Positions 38,396 through 49,662 of a stretch of 64,000 nucleotides of DNA are shown here, one piece after another. The stretch is taken from assembly GCA_965217615.1 (NCBI GenBank), contig CBDCIT010000042.1, forward strand, positions 649-64,648, written 5' to 3'. A program made the position numbers and the translations under genes. This DNA comes from Alphaproteobacteria bacterium (lineage in GTDB: Bacteria; Pseudomonadota; Alphaproteobacteria; UBA8366; CAVOAK01). Under the pieces are notes generated by a model. It ran no database searches. It was not told the DNA's origin and saw only the letters and a program-made list of their open reading frames with translations. Numbering within the stretch: position 1 is the first letter of the stretch; each line of letters opens with the position of its first letter.

Positions 38396-41300
38396 TCAAG
38401 GGGTGCTGCCGCATGACTTGGCTGATTCAATCCGTCCTCGGGCCACATCCGCTGGATCGTCGATAAGCCGCTGATATTGCGTCATTACATGTTGCGCGGC
38501 GTCATCCATGGCGCGCTTAAGTCCGACAAAGCTCCTCTCCTTTGCCGTACGGACAAGCACGCGGCGCAGGCCGCGCGGTGCCGCCTCGACGTCCGGCTTT
38601 TCGGTTAACGTTAGACGCAGCATGCCTTGGAGGCGTTGCCACGATTTCAACGCCGACAAGAATTCGTCGGCCGCCTGTTTATCCAGATAGCCCGCTTCGG
38701 CCAACTGTCGCAAGGCATCATCGGTTCGTGCTGACAGCACGCTCGGATTAGCTGACGCGTGCCGCAACTGCAAATACTGGGCAACGAACTCGAGGTCGAC
38801 CAATCCACCGCGCCGGTGCTTGATGTCCCAGGGTGAAGGTGCGCTGTGTTCCTTCGTGATCCTGTGGCGCATATCGGCAAGGGCAATGTCGACGACAAGG
38901 CGATCTGCATCGCGCTCGTGTGTAAGCGCCTGACGAATAGCCTGTTCCAACTGCGCTTTCAGTGGGTCCGGCGTGGCGATAATGCGTGCGCGGGTGAGCG
39001 CCATATGTTCCCAAGTCCAGGCCGCTTCGCGGAGGTAGCGGGAAAAACCCTTCAATGGCGCTGCGATGGGACCCGCCGTACCCGACGGCCGCAGCCGCAT
39101 ATCGACATCGTAGAGTCGGCCTTCGGGCGTCAACGAGGTAATCGCGCTGATGAGCCGCTGGCTCAGTCGTGCGTAGTAGGCGCCGGGGGACAGCTGGACT
39201 GGTCCGTCCGATATTTCTGCTTCGGTGTCATGGTCGTACACAAAGACAAGGTCGAGGTCCGATTCGGGCGTGAGTTCCCGTCCGCCAAGCTTGCCGAGCG
39301 CAATGACGCCGAGACATCCTCCCGGGATATGGCCATGGCGGTTTGCGAATTCTGCCTCCACTCCATGTTTAAGGGCGTGTAATGCGGCATCCGCAAGATC
39401 GGCCATTGTTCGACCTGCATCCTCACTACTACACCGGCCTCGCAGTAATTGGACGCCGATTTGAAATTCGTGACCGCTGACCCAGCGTCGCGTGAAGTCG
39501 AGCACGTCCTGAAAGTCGCTTGCATGAGCCAACATTCCTTCCAGATCTGCTGCAAGATCGCCATCCGCGTCCAACGGCTCGAAGAAATCGGATGACAGTA
39601 CAGAGTCGAGCAGGATCGGCTGATGGCTCAAGCGGCTAGAGAGTCTTGGCGCGCTCCCCATGATTTCGGCCACCAAGTCGAGAAGGGCGGGGTTTGCGTA
39701 GAACAATGAAAAGAGCTGGACGCCCGCAGGAAGCCCGGCGAGAAACTCGTCGAACTTGGCAAGCGCGGCATCCGGATTGGCCGTTCGAACGAGTGCAGTT
39801 AGGAGCCGCGGCATGAGCTCGGTCAGTAGTTCGCGGGCTCGAGCGCTACGCATGGCCCGATAACGCCCGTGATGCCAGCCCCGGACGACATAGGAGATTG
39901 AAACGCCGTCCGCAAAGCCCATATCTTCGAGCGTCGCAACCGTGTCGGGGTCGGGTTCGCTTCCGGTGAAGACCAATGATCCCTGACCGCCCAGATCCGG
40001 CGCGGCTTCGAACAACCGTTCATAATGACCCTCGACGCGCTGAAGATGATGCAGCAGGTCATCGAGCACGCCCGCGGTGTCGTCGTAGCCCATGAATGCG
40101 GCGATGGCGGCGAGGGCGTCGTCATCCTTTGGTAGGCTATGAGTTTGGTTGTCATCGATCATTTGTAGACGATGTTCCAGCCGTCTCAGAAATTCGTACG
40201 CGGCGATCATCTCGGTCTCAGTCTCCCGTGAAATCTGATCGAGTGCCGCAAGCCGGCTCAACGTCTTGCAAGTCTCCCTGTCACGCAGCGCCGGAATGCG
40301 GCCACCCCATATGAGCTGCTGTGTCTGCGCGAAGAACTCGATTTCTCGGATTCCGCCGCGGCCAACTTTGACGTTGAGACCTTTGAGTCCGTCACGCGTC
40401 ACTGCCGCGCCGCTGCCACGATGTGCATTGATCTGGCGTTTGATTGAGTGGATGTCTTCGATCGCGGCGAAGTCGAGATGTCTGCGCCAAATGAAGGGAC
40501 GAAGGGAATTGAGGAAGGCTTCTGCCGCCGCATGGTCGCCGGCTATTGGCCGTGCTTTTATGAGCGCCGCCCGCTCCCAATTTTGACCGACGCTTTCGTA
40601 ATAGGTCTCGGCCGCAAGTGTCGATACCGCAATTGGAGTCGCGGCCGGGTCAGGCCGCAAACGCAAGTCGGTCCTAAACACGTAGCCGTCTGCGGTGCGC
40701 TCTTCCATGATCCGCACAAGCTGCTGCGTAATCCGCACGAAGGATTCTGCAAGCGTCTGTGGTTTTGCAGACGGCGCTTTCTCCGGATCGTAGAGTACGA
40801 TCAGATCAATATCACTCGAGTAATTGAGTTCTCGGGCGCCCAGTTTCCCCATGCCAAGGACGAAATAGCCGGATCCGCGCTCTGGCACAGTTGCATCAAC
40901 AAGCGAAATTTCACCGGCCGCCGCGGCGACACCGAGTACATGCGCTGTCGCAAGCGAAAGAGCCAATTCGACGAATTGGCTCAACGAGGTCGTTACGGAT
41001 TCAAGAGACCATATTCCCGTTAAGTCGGCGATCGCTGTCGTCACAGCCACGCGTCGTTTGGCGTGACGCAAGGATGTCATGACTCGGGTTGTCGTCAACT
41101 CGCCGGAGAGTTCTTGCGGAAGCGCTTCGACGATGCGCGCAAACGTCGCCTCTGGCCCGTGCTCCAAAAGCGTGCAGGCGAATCTCATATCCCGGAGGAG
41201 CGATTGCCCGAGAAACGGACTGTTTCCGAAAACGCACTCCAAAAGCGCGTGACCTAGCTGGTCCTCGACGACACGTGCGGCGTGATTTGTAACCGCTTCA

Positions 41301-41407
41301 TCGTCTCGTGCAGACTTTCGCCAGCGCTCCATACCGGCCGTGGCACGCTGCAAATCACCATGTCGGGGCAATGCCAGTAGATCAAACGAAAAAGTTGGAT
41401 CAGTCAT
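38396..41407 (-). CDS. glnE: Bifunctional glutamine synthetase adenylyltransferase/deadenylase
   Basis: Two NTase domains, GMGKLGARELNYSSDIDLI and ALGKLGGRELTPESDLDL, plus DLRLRP/DMRLRP and GGIREIEF. Confidence 0.96.
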   Translation of the reverse strand: MTDPTFSFDLLALPRHGDLQRATAGMERWRKSARDDEAVTNHAARVVEDQLGHALLECVFGNSPFLGQSLLRDMRFACTLLEHGPEATFARIVEALPQELSGELTTTRVMTSLRHAKRRVAVTTAIADLTGIWSLESVTTSLSQFVELALSLATAHVLGVAAAAGEISLVDATVPERGSGYFVLGMGKLGARELNYSSDIDLIVLYDPEKAPSAKPQTLAESFVRITQQLVRIMEERTADGYVFRTDLRLRPDPAATPIAVSTLAAETYYESVGQNWERAALIKARPIAGDHAAAEAFLNSLRPFIWRRHLDFAAIEDIHSIKRQINAHRGSGAAVTRDGLKGLNVKVGRGGIREIEFFAQTQQLIWGGRIPALRDRETCKTLSRLAALDQISRETETEMIAAYEFLRRLEHRLQMIDDNQTHSLPKDDDALAAIAAFMGYDDTAGVLDDLLHHLQRVEGHYERLFEAAPDLGGQGSLVFTGSEPDPDTVATLEDMGFADGVSISYVVRGWHHGRYRAMRSARARELLTELMPRLLTALVRTANPDAALAKFDEFLAGLPAGVQLFSLFYANPALLDLVAEIMGSAPRLSSRLSHQPILLDSVLSSDFFEPLDADGDLAADLEGMLAHASDFQDVLDFTRRWVSGHEFQIGVQLLRGRCSSEDAGRTMADLADAALHALKHGVEAEFANRHGHIPGGCLGVIALGKLGGRELTPESDLDLVFVYDHDTEAEISDGPVQLSPGAYYARLSQRLISAITSLTPEGRLYDVDMRLRPSGTAGPIAAPLKGFSRYLREAAWTWEHMALTRARIIATPDPLKAQLEQAIRQALTHERDADRLVVDIALADMRHRITKEHSAPSPWDIKHRRGGLVDLEFVAQYLQLRHASANPSVLSARTDDALRQLAEAGYLDKQAADEFLSALKSWQRLQGMLRLTLTEKPDVEAAPRGLRRVLVRTAKERSFVGLKRAMDDAAQHVMTQYQRLIDDPADVARGRIESAKSCGSTP

Positions 41408-41486
41408 TAGCCGGACCGCCAAATGCTATGAAAACAGCACGATGGGTCTATGATGACCGAAATCTGATCAGGAACGTGCTTCAATC

Positions 41487-44400
41487 GTGGTTCGCCGTAC
41501 ATCACTTTTTCTGTTCGAGTTGTTCGCCGGTTTGCTCGCCGATTTGGTGATCCTTGTTGGTGCCGGGGCCTGGTTCCTGTCGAGCGGGCCCATCTCTCTG
41601 ACCTTTCTTTCACCTCTAGTTGAGCGGGCGCTTGACAGTGCGGACGACGCCTACACCATTCGTGTAGAGGACACTGTACTGACTTGGGCTGGTTGGCAGC
41701 GAGCGGTCGACATTCGCGTCAACAATGTAACGATTGAAGGCCAAGATGGCAGCATTGAAGCTACAATGCCTGAGCTGTCGTTGGGCCTCTCGTTACGTGC
41801 ATTGGCACGTGGTTCGGTTATGCCGACCAGCCTCGATATCTTCGCGCCAAGAGTGTCCGTGATCCGTTCGCACGAAGGCAAAGTCGCGTTCGGACTGGTC
41901 GCCGATAGCGACGAGGACGGCACCAGCCTGAATTTGACAATCGAGCGCCTTGTTGCGCAGTTGCTGGGACCACCAAACATCGATCAACCGCTCAGCCAAC
42001 TTCGGCGCATCAGCGTACTCGGCGCCGACCTCACGTTCGACGATCAAATCCTTGGTGTATCTTGGCGCGCACCCCAGGCAAACATTGCGCTCCAGCGAAG
42101 TGCAATCGGCCTTGGTGTTGATGCCGACCTGGCTCTTGAGATCAACGGACAACGTAGCCGAATAACCGGAGAGTTGAGTTACGAACAAATCGGCAAGACC
42201 GTTTCCCTCGCATTTCGGTTCAGAGATCTCAACCCGGCGCTGATTGCCGGTGGCGCTCCGCGCCTGGCGTTGCTTTCTGCAGTAGATCTGCCGGTGAGCG
42301 GCTCGTTGGGGGTACAGATGCGCGCCGACGGCCGGGTCGACTCGTTTGCGTTCGATCTTGACAGTTCTCGCGGCCGGCTCGCCGGCGAGGTTACATTGAC
42401 GAGTGACGGCGTCGGGTTGATCGGAACAACACGGTTTCAGGATTTCGATGCTGCTGCATTCGCAACGCAAATTTCGCACTTGGCGCCGCTTGAGCGAGTC
42501 AAAGCGCCGCTCAGTGGCCGTGCCGAATTTGAAGCCACGACTGATGGACGGATAGGCCGTATTCAGTTTGATGTAAATGCGGATGCTGGCGAGTTGGAGC
42601 TCCCGGCCTTCTATCCGAAGCCTGTTTCCTTTGTGAGCATGCAACTACGGGGAAGCATGGTCGACGATATGGCACGGCTGCGTATCGCCGATGCGACAAT
42701 CGATCTCGGCGGTCCCATTGCGTCACTTCAGGCGTCGGCGACGCGGCTCCGTGACGACGTTCATGTGCAACTCGAAGGTACACTGAGCGGCTTTCCGGTT
42801 CGTGAAATCGAAGAGTTCTGGCCTAAGGACCTCGCACCCTTGCCCCGCGACTGGGTAACCACGAACATCGTCGGCGGCACAGTCTCCAAGGCACGCTTGT
42901 CGATGACAGCGCGTCTTGTTGACGGTGCGATCGAACAGGCTGAAGTCCAATCAATCGGCGGTACACTGCTTATTGACGGCACGAGCGTAAACTACCTCGA
43001 TCCACTTCCTATCTTCACTGATGTAGACGCCAGCGCCTCCTTTACGGCCGACCGATTCAATGTCGACATTTCGAGTGCGCGATTGCGCGACGTGCGTGTC
43101 GAGCGTGCGGCCGTCAATTTCACTGGCCTCTCTACGGAAAATGTGCAAGCCGCCATCGAGCTTCGAGTTAGAGGTCCTGCCGCGACAGTTGCTTCTGTCT
43201 TGGACCACGAACCCATGGCATTGATCGGTGAGCTAAACCTCGATCCCCAGAAAATCAAAGGTGAATTGGATGCAAGAGTAAACTTTGATTTTCCGCTTTC
43301 GACTGCGCTCACTCATGAAATGGTCACGGTCAGCGCCGACGGAAGTATATTCGACGCAACCATTGAAAAGACGCCGTATGACCTTGCGCTTACCAACGGT
43401 GACCTGACGCTCCACGTAGACAACGAAGGTCTCGATGCAGTAGGCGGCGTGCGTCTCAATGGGGTGCGGGCAACGCTCGATTGGCGGACGAACTTCGACG
43501 CCGACGCTGACGTACGCAGCCGGATAGCTTTGTCGGGACGGCTCAGCGACCGCGAAAGGACTTTGGTCGGCATGATCCCGATCCCTTTCCTGTCTGGTCC
43601 GGTCCAACTTGGCATCGACTATACCGAACATAACGATGGAAGCACGGTTCTGGTCATGGACGGCGACATAACGCCTGCGACCGTGGACATTGGATTTATC
43701 GAATGGCGCAAGACCGCTCAGGAACGGGGCGCGTTTGAACTGTTCATGGTTACGCTGCCGGATGGAACGGTCGATATCGAGAGTTTCAAGTTCGAATCCG
43801 GCGATATGAAGGTGGCGGCGCGAATCGTGCCAAAAGCCGATTTTTCGGCCGTATTTCGGATCGAATTCGACGAGCTGCGCTTTGCCGGAAATAATCTAGC
43901 CGGTATCGTCGACGCGCTGCCTGACGGGGGCTATCGCATCGTCTTGGACGGTCAACGCCTTGATGTGGCGCCGCTGCTGAAGAAGCGTAGATTGCCGGAC
44001 GTTCCCTACGCACCGGACGCGCAAGGCGTGCCGCTGGTGATACAGGCAAACTTGCGCGAAATGACGGACGGTCCGGACCGTCGGCTTACCAATGTGACGG
44101 CCAATGCACGCTACGATGGCCGAGATTGGCAAGCTTTCATTGTGGATGCAGAAGTTGGCGATGGCGGACGACTTGAACTGAAGTATCAACCCGCGGATTC
44201 GGGCTACAGTCTGCAAATTACCTCAGATGATGCAGGCCAGGCGCTGAAGTCCTTGAACTGGACGGACCGGGCGCAGAATGGGGCGCTGGTGGTCACCGGC
44301 GCGCGGCCTTCGCTTCAAGAGCCAATGGTAGGCAACTTCAAGGTCACGGATTACAAGCTGACCGAAGCTCCCGTTCTGGCGCGTTTGCTGCAAGTTGCCT

Positions 44401-44867
44401 CGCTTACCGGCATCCTTTCGGCGTTGGGCCAGCGGGGTGGGCTCGACTTCGTAACATTGGACGGCCAATTCAACTACCTGCAGGGCCAACTGGAAATCAG
44501 CGACGCGCGCACCTATGGGTCCTCGATCGGGATAACCGTGGAGGGTTCATTTGATTTGGAAAAGGATACGGTCGACATCAAAGGTACGATCATTCCGGCA
44601 TATACAATCAATCGCGTGCTTGGCGTTATCCCGGTGCTCGGCCGGCTGCTCACTGGAGGCAAGGATGAAGGCGTATTCGCAGCGACATACAAGATAAAGG
44701 GAGCGATTGACGATCCAACGATTTCAGCGAACCCGTTGCTCGCGCTTGCCCCTGGCTTCCTGCGCTCGCTGCTGGGCCTCATCGGCCAGGGAAACGGTGA
44801 TGGCGTTGTTCCAGCGATCCCAGAAGAGACCTACGAAGGAAACGACGGCGCAACTTCCAGCGGCTAG
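41487..44867 (+). CDS. AsmA-like / YhdP-DUF3971 family envelope protein
   Basis: N-terminal TM, long beta-rich body and C-terminal GTIIPAYTINRVLGVIPVLG...NPLLALAPGFLR. Confidence 0.82.
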   Translation: MVRRTSLFLFELFAGLLADLVILVGAGAWFLSSGPISLTFLSPLVERALDSADDAYTIRVEDTVLTWAGWQRAVDIRVNNVTIEGQDGSIEATMPELSLGLSLRALARGSVMPTSLDIFAPRVSVIRSHEGKVAFGLVADSDEDGTSLNLTIERLVAQLLGPPNIDQPLSQLRRISVLGADLTFDDQILGVSWRAPQANIALQRSAIGLGVDADLALEINGQRSRITGELSYEQIGKTVSLAFRFRDLNPALIAGGAPRLALLSAVDLPVSGSLGVQMRADGRVDSFAFDLDSSRGRLAGEVTLTSDGVGLIGTTRFQDFDAAAFATQISHLAPLERVKAPLSGRAEFEATTDGRIGRIQFDVNADAGELELPAFYPKPVSFVSMQLRGSMVDDMARLRIADATIDLGGPIASLQASATRLRDDVHVQLEGTLSGFPVREIEEFWPKDLAPLPRDWVTTNIVGGTVSKARLSMTARLVDGAIEQAEVQSIGGTLLIDGTSVNYLDPLPIFTDVDASASFTADRFNVDISSARLRDVRVERAAVNFTGLSTENVQAAIELRVRGPAATVASVLDHEPMALIGELNLDPQKIKGELDARVNFDFPLSTALTHEMVTVSADGSIFDATIEKTPYDLALTNGDLTLHVDNEGLDAVGGVRLNGVRATLDWRTNFDADADVRSRIALSGRLSDRERTLVGMIPIPFLSGPVQLGIDYTEHNDGSTVLVMDGDITPATVDIGFIEWRKTAQERGAFELFMVTLPDGTVDIESFKFESGDMKVAARIVPKADFSAVFRIEFDELRFAGNNLAGIVDALPDGGYRIVLDGQRLDVAPLLKKRRLPDVPYAPDAQGVPLVIQANLREMTDGPDRRLTNVTANARYDGRDWQAFIVDAEVGDGGRLELKYQPADSGYSLQITSDDAGQALKSLNWTDRAQNGALVVTGARPSLQEPMVGNFKVTDYKLTEAPVLARLLQVASLTGILSALGQRGGLDFVTLDGQFNYLQGQLEISDARTYGSSIGITVEGSFDLEKDTVDIKGTIIPAYTINRVLGVIPVLGRLLTGGKDEGVFAATYKIKGAIDDPTISANPLLALAPGFLRSLLGLIGQGNGDGVVPAIPEETYEGNDGATSSG

Positions 44868-44901
44868 TATTTTGGGCGTTCGTCGGTTGCCTGCGGTCGG
44901 G

Positions 44902-46158
44902 TCATACCGGTCGAATCAGAGCGTGGCGCTTGCGGCCAGCAGAGAGTTTGATCACGCCGTTCCGGGAAAGGGCGTCTGACGTGATACTCAGGCGCTCGTC
45001 CGTCATAACCTGATCATTGAGCCGACCGCCGCCCGCGCGAATGAGTTTTCGCGCCTCGCCCTTGCTTTGCGCCAAGCCAGCACGGTGCAATAGTTCGAAC
45101 GCAGCGATACCCGCGGCAAGCTCGGATCGCGGGACCTCGATTGTCGGCAACTCGACGCCAATACCGCCATGCTCAAATGTTTCCTCAGCAGTTTCAGCCG
45201 CTGCCTTTGCCGCTTCACGACCGTGACAAAGAGCCGTAACCTCGCTCGCCAGAATCTTCTTCGCCTCGTTAAGTTCGGCGCCGTCCAATGCTTCGAGGCG
45301 GGATATCTCATGCAACGGCAGCTCGGTATAGAGCCGCAGAAATCGTCCGACATCGGCATCCTCGGTATTGCGCCAATACTGCCAGTAATCGTAGGTGGAC
45401 AGCCGCTGCTCATTGAGCCAGACAGCGCCTTCCGCTGTTTTGCCCATTTTCGCGCCGGAAGCGGTTTCGAGAAGCGGCGTGGTCAATCCGAACAATCCGG
45501 CACTGTCGACCCGGCGGCCAAGCTCGACACCGTTCACGATGTTGCCCCATTGGTCAGATCCGCCCATTTGTACGCGGCAATCATGCCTGCGCGCGAGTTC
45601 GAGAAAGTCATACGCCTGCAAGATCATGTAGTTGAATTCAAGAAAACTGAGCGACTGTTGACGATCGAGCCGCAGTTTCACTGAGTCGAACGACAACATC
45701 CGGTTGATCGAGAAATGCTGTCCATAGTCGCGTAGAAACTCGATGTAGTTGAGCTCATCCAGCCAGTCCGCGTTGTTGACCATGATCGCGTCGGTCGGGC
45801 CGTCGCCGAAGGTAAGGTACTTTTGGAACACGCCCTTAATTCCAGCAATATTGCGCTCGATGTCATGAACGTCTAAGAGCCGCCGTGTCTCGTCGCGGAG
45901 TGATGGGTCGCCGATCTTTGTCGTACCACCGCCCATCAAGACAATCGGCCTGTGCCCCGTACGTTGCAACCAGCGCAGCAACATTATGGGGATCAGACTA
46001 CCGACGTGGAGGGAGTCGGCGGTCGCATCAAATCCAATATAAGCCGTGATTGGGGCATGCTCAGCAGCAAGTGAGTCAAGCGCCTCTGCGTCGGTACACT
46101 GGTGCACGAAGCCGCGATCGACTATGGCTCTAAGAAATTCGGAACGATGACGTGTCAT
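44902..46158 (-). CDS. tyrS: Tyrosine--tRNA ligase
   Basis: [31 protein letters not shown] and an S4-like C-terminus. Confidence 0.97.
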   Translation of the reverse strand: MTRHRSEFLRAIVDRGFVHQCTDAEALDSLAAEHAPITAYIGFDATADSLHVGSLIPIMLLRWLQRTGHRPIVLMGGGTTKIGDPSLRDETRRLLDVHDIERNIAGIKGVFQKYLTFGDGPTDAIMVNNADWLDELNYIEFLRDYGQHFSINRMLSFDSVKLRLDRQQSLSFLEFNYMILQAYDFLELARRHDCRVQMGGSDQWGNIVNGVELGRRVDSAGLFGLTTPLLETASGAKMGKTAEGAVWLNEQRLSTYDYWQYWRNTEDADVGRFLRLYTELPLHEISRLEALDGAELNEAKKILASEVTALCHGREAAKAAAETAEETFEHGGIGVELPTIEVPRSELAAGIAAFELLHRAGLAQSKGEARKLIRAGGGRLNDQVMTDERLSITSDALSRNGVIKLSAGRKRHALIRPV

Positions 46159-46299
46159 GATGGATCAGACAATGATACACCCGCAATTCGACAATGGCCG
46201 GCGCGTGTCTTAAGGGCGGTCAGTAAATCATGAAACTCCGCAAAGCGACAACGACGCGGGAGTTGCGCGAGGCGCATAAGCCTAGGAATCGGGCCAATC

Positions 46300-47412
46300 A
46301 TGACGGCGACCGATAGTTCGATGGATGACCGCGATCCTGTTCTTTCGCTCGGGCTCATGAGCGGAACGTCGCTCGACGGCGTCGACGCTGCGCTGCTAAA
46401 GACCGATGGCGTGCAGCAGATTGAAACCCAAGGCTCGCTAACGCTGCCCTATCACGCAACGCTTCGCGAGCAGCTCCGCTCTGCCCTAGGGTCGAGCGAG
46501 TACACCGATACGGTTAGATCGGTCGAGCATGCGCTCACACTGGCCCATGCAGAGGCTGTGCGGACGCTTCTCGCTCAGGAGTCTCGCTCGCCCTCGGAAG
46601 TTCACGTTATCGGGCTGCATGGTCATACGCTGCTCCATCGGCCCGAAGTCAACCGCACTTGGCAAATCGGCGACGGCGCGCTGCTTGCCTCGAAAACTGG
46701 GATCGACGTCGTCGCGGACTTCCGCAGTGCGGACGTGGCGGCAGGCGGTGAGGGCGCGCCTCTTGCGCCGGTATTTCATGCGGCTATGTCCGGCAACTTT
46801 GAGCGTCCCGTCGCAATCCTCAACGTTGGCGGGGTGGCGAACGTAACCTGGATCGGAACCGACGATGACCTCGTGTCCTTCGATACGGGGCCTGGAAACG
46901 CCCTAATTGACGATTGGATGCTGGCGCGGGGAGACAAATCCTATGATGCGGAAGGCCGGCTAGCGCTCACCGGCAGTGCTGATGAAGAAATGCTGCGCCG
47001 ACTGCTGTCGCATCCCTACTTTGACCGTTCGCCACCGAAGTCGTTGGACCGAAATGCCTTTGACTCGACCCTAGTCCGTCAATTGTCGACTGCGGATGGC
47101 GCAGCGACGCTCACGGTGTTCACCGCGGCGGCTGTAGCGAGTGGCTCAAAATATTTTCCGGCAGCGCCTCTGCGCTGGCTCGTTACCGGCGGTGGACGCC
47201 ACAATCCTGCACTTATGAGTGCGCTGAGCGCCCGGCTCGGTGCGCCGGTGGCGCCGGTTGAGAGTGTCAGATGGAATGGAGATGCACTTGAGGCACAGGC
47301 GTTCGCCTATCTCGCCGTGCGCTCCTTACGCCAATTGCCACTGACATATTCCAACACGACAGGTGTGCCGGTCCCGACCCGCGGCGGTCGATTGTTCGCG
47401 GCTGAGGTCTAA
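46300..47412 (+). CDS. anmK: Anhydro-N-acetylmuramic acid kinase
   Basis: GLMSGTSLDGVD, GGEGAPLAP, FDTGPGNALID and EAQAFAYLA. Confidence 0.95.
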   Translation: MTATDSSMDDRDPVLSLGLMSGTSLDGVDAALLKTDGVQQIETQGSLTLPYHATLREQLRSALGSSEYTDTVRSVEHALTLAHAEAVRTLLAQESRSPSEVHVIGLHGHTLLHRPEVNRTWQIGDGALLASKTGIDVVADFRSADVAAGGEGAPLAPVFHAAMSGNFERPVAILNVGGVANVTWIGTDDDLVSFDTGPGNALIDDWMLARGDKSYDAEGRLALTGSADEEMLRRLLSHPYFDRSPPKSLDRNAFDSTLVRQLSTADGAATLTVFTAAAVASGSKYFPAAPLRWLVTGGGRHNPALMSALSARLGAPVAPVESVRWNGDALEAQAFAYLAVRSLRQLPLTYSNTTGVPVPTRGGRLFAAEV

Positions 47413-47415
47413 GCG

Positions 47416-48081
47416 TTAATTTGCCGCGGCCTCCTCATCTGCAGTTAAGAGCGCCGTATCGAGATAATCATCGATCTCTTTTTCCACATCGTCGATTTGA
47501 CCGTGAAAAAAGTGGTTCGCGCCTGACATTGTGCGGTGATCTATCGTAATGCCGCGTTGCGTGCGCAGCTTCTCGATCAGTTTCTCAACGGCATCGGTTG
47601 GAACAATTTCATCCCGATCACCATGAAGGATGAGGCCGGACGACGGGCAGGGCGCCAAAAAGCTGAAATCGTACATGTTCGCGGGGGGGGCCACAGAAAT
47701 GAACCCGGTTATCTCGGGTCGTCGCATCAAGAGTTGCATGCCGATCCAGGCGCCGAACGAGAAACCGCCAATCCAACACTGTCCGGCGTCTGCATTGTAG
47801 CCCTGTAGCCAATCGAGCGCCGCCGCCGCATCGGAGAGCTCGCCCTCGCCACGCGAGAATGTTCCCTGCGACCGACCGACGCCACGGAAGTTAAACCGCA
47901 GGCACGAGAACCCGCGACGCGCATATGCATGAAAAAGCGTGTAAACGACTTTGTTGTTCATCGTCCCGCCATAGAGTGGGTGTGGATGCAAGAATAGCGC
48001 GATTGGCGGGTTTTTCGTTTTGCTGTGCTGATAGCGTCCTTCGATGCGGCCCTCTGGGCCATTGATTATGACTTCAGGCAT
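47416..48081 (-). CDS. Alpha/beta hydrolase
   Basis: LHPHPLYGGTMNN, GFSFG and ANHFF. Confidence 0.9.
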   Translation of the reverse strand: MPEVIINGPEGRIEGRYQHSKTKNPPIALFLHPHPLYGGTMNNKVVYTLFHAYARRGFSCLRFNFRGVGRSQGTFSRGEGELSDAAAALDWLQGYNADAGQCWIGGFSFGAWIGMQLLMRRPEITGFISVAPPANMYDFSFLAPCPSSGLILHGDRDEIVPTDAVEKLIEKLRTQRGITIDHRTMSGANHFFHGQIDDVEKEIDDYLDTALLTADEEAAAN

Positions 48082-48332
48082 TCGTTCTCCAGTTAGTGGC
48101 CGCAGCGGTCGGAACGAGGGGGAATTCCGACGTGCAGGGTCGGATTATTGAACCCCCACTCTTTGCGCAGCGCCTTAGCATATGTTTCAATACTTGCCCA
48201 GGACGATTGGTCACCATATATCCTAATAATGCAGGTCGACACGCCGCCGTCTCGCACGCAGTTATGTTGTTCGGCTAAAGGCCATGCAGAATGTTGTGGT
48301 TTGTTGCTGATAATCAATAGTCGAGTGAGCTC

Positions 48333-49088
48333 ATGTTTAAGAAACTGATCGAAGACATTGATGGGATGATGGCCCGTGATCCTGCCGCCCGCACGCGGCT
48401 CGAGGTGCTGGTCTGTTATCCGGGTTTGCATGCCATCTTGCTGCACCGGCCGGCGCGTTGGTTGTGGAACCACAACTGGCGGATTCTAGCTCGTTTCATT
48501 TCGCAGCTCGGACGCTTTCTCACAGGTATCGAAATTCACCCCGGCGCGTCGATCGGCAAGCGGTTGTTTATCGATCACGCCATGGGCGTCGTGATTGGCG
48601 AAACCGCTGAGATAGGCAACGACGTGACACTCTACCACGACGTGACGCTCGGTGGCGTCGCGCCATCCGTCGACTCCGATAGCCAGAGACAGCAGAAACG
48701 CCATCCGACACTCAAAGACGACGTTATCGTCGGCTCGGGCGCTCAGATTCTCGGACCGATCACTGTTGGCGTTGGCGCGCGGGTAGGTGCCAATGCCGTT
48801 GTGACGAAGGACGTACCCGACTGCGTAACGGTCGTTGGCGTTCCAGCAAAGATCGTCGGATCGAGGGCGAAGACCAAGGCGCACGATTTCTCCCCCTACG
48901 GTACGCCGATGGGTGATGTGCCGGATCCTGTCGCGCGTGCAATCGAGGGGCTCATCGACCAGGTATCGGGCTTGAAGGTGCGGGTCGAGGAGATGGAGAG
49001 CCAGATCAACGACTATGAAAGCGAGCGCTCGACAGTCGAACTGGGGGCGTCAGACGAGGACAGTTCAGCCGCCGGGGCCAAGACGTGA
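48333..49088 (+). CDS. cysE: Serine O-acetyltransferase
   Basis: [29 protein letters not shown] and KRHPT. Confidence 0.95.
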   Translation: MFKKLIEDIDGMMARDPAARTRLEVLVCYPGLHAILLHRPARWLWNHNWRILARFISQLGRFLTGIEIHPGASIGKRLFIDHAMGVVIGETAEIGNDVTLYHDVTLGGVAPSVDSDSQRQQKRHPTLKDDVIVGSGAQILGPITVGVGARVGANAVVTKDVPDCVTVVGVPAKIVGSRAKTKAHDFSPYGTPMGDVPDPVARAIEGLIDQVSGLKVRVEEMESQINDYESERSTVELGASDEDSSAAGAKT

Positions 49089-49160
49089 CGGCGAGGTGCG
49101 CTAGGGCCTCCAATACATCGCCAGGCCCGTCGCTGTGGCCTCTCTGCCGAGCTAAGTAGA

Positions 49161-49631
49161 ATGCGTCTGGGCACGAAAGGCCGCTACTCTGTGATGGCGA
49201 TGGTCGATCTCCAGCAGCATGGTGCCGACACACCAATTAGCCTTGCCGACATCTCGAAGCGGCAGGAGATTTCGCTTCCATATCTCGAACAGTTATTCGC
49301 GAAGTTGCGGCGGTCCGGGCTCGTCAAAAGCGTGCGCGGGCCAGGCGGCGGCTATGAATTGGCGCATGGTGCCGTGCAAATTCGGATCTCCGACATTATC
49401 TGCGCGGTCGACGAACCGACGCACGCAACCCGTTGCGAGCCCGGCTCCGCGACCGGGTGCAGCGGCAATAAGAGCCGCTGCGTGACCCACGATTTGTGGG
49501 AGGATCTGAGTAACCACATCCATCTATTCCTGAGTTCGGTGACGCTTGAAGATGTCTGCAACAAACGTCTTCTAGGCGCCGGGGGAGCGCGGTTTCAGGA
49601 AATCTACGATCCGGTCGCCAAAGACCGCTGA
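49161..49631 (+). CDS. iscR: Rrf2 family regulator, IscR-like
   Basis: YLEQLFAKL, SVRGPGGGY and three Cys plus His (RC...GC...RCVTHDLW). Confidence 0.88.
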   Translation: MRLGTKGRYSVMAMVDLQQHGADTPISLADISKRQEISLPYLEQLFAKLRRSGLVKSVRGPGGGYELAHGAVQIRISDIICAVDEPTHATRCEPGSATGCSGNKSRCVTHDLWEDLSNHIHLFLSSVTLEDVCNKRLLGAGGARFQEIYDPVAKDR

Positions 49632-49662
49632 TCTAGGTCCATATCACCGGTTGTTCTGCAAC

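Noticed and set aside
48185-48225. IscR-type operator upstream of cysE (atacttgcccaggacgattggtcacc)
   Set aside because: The similarity to known IscR sites is too loose to call by eye, and it could simply be a -35/-10 promoter.
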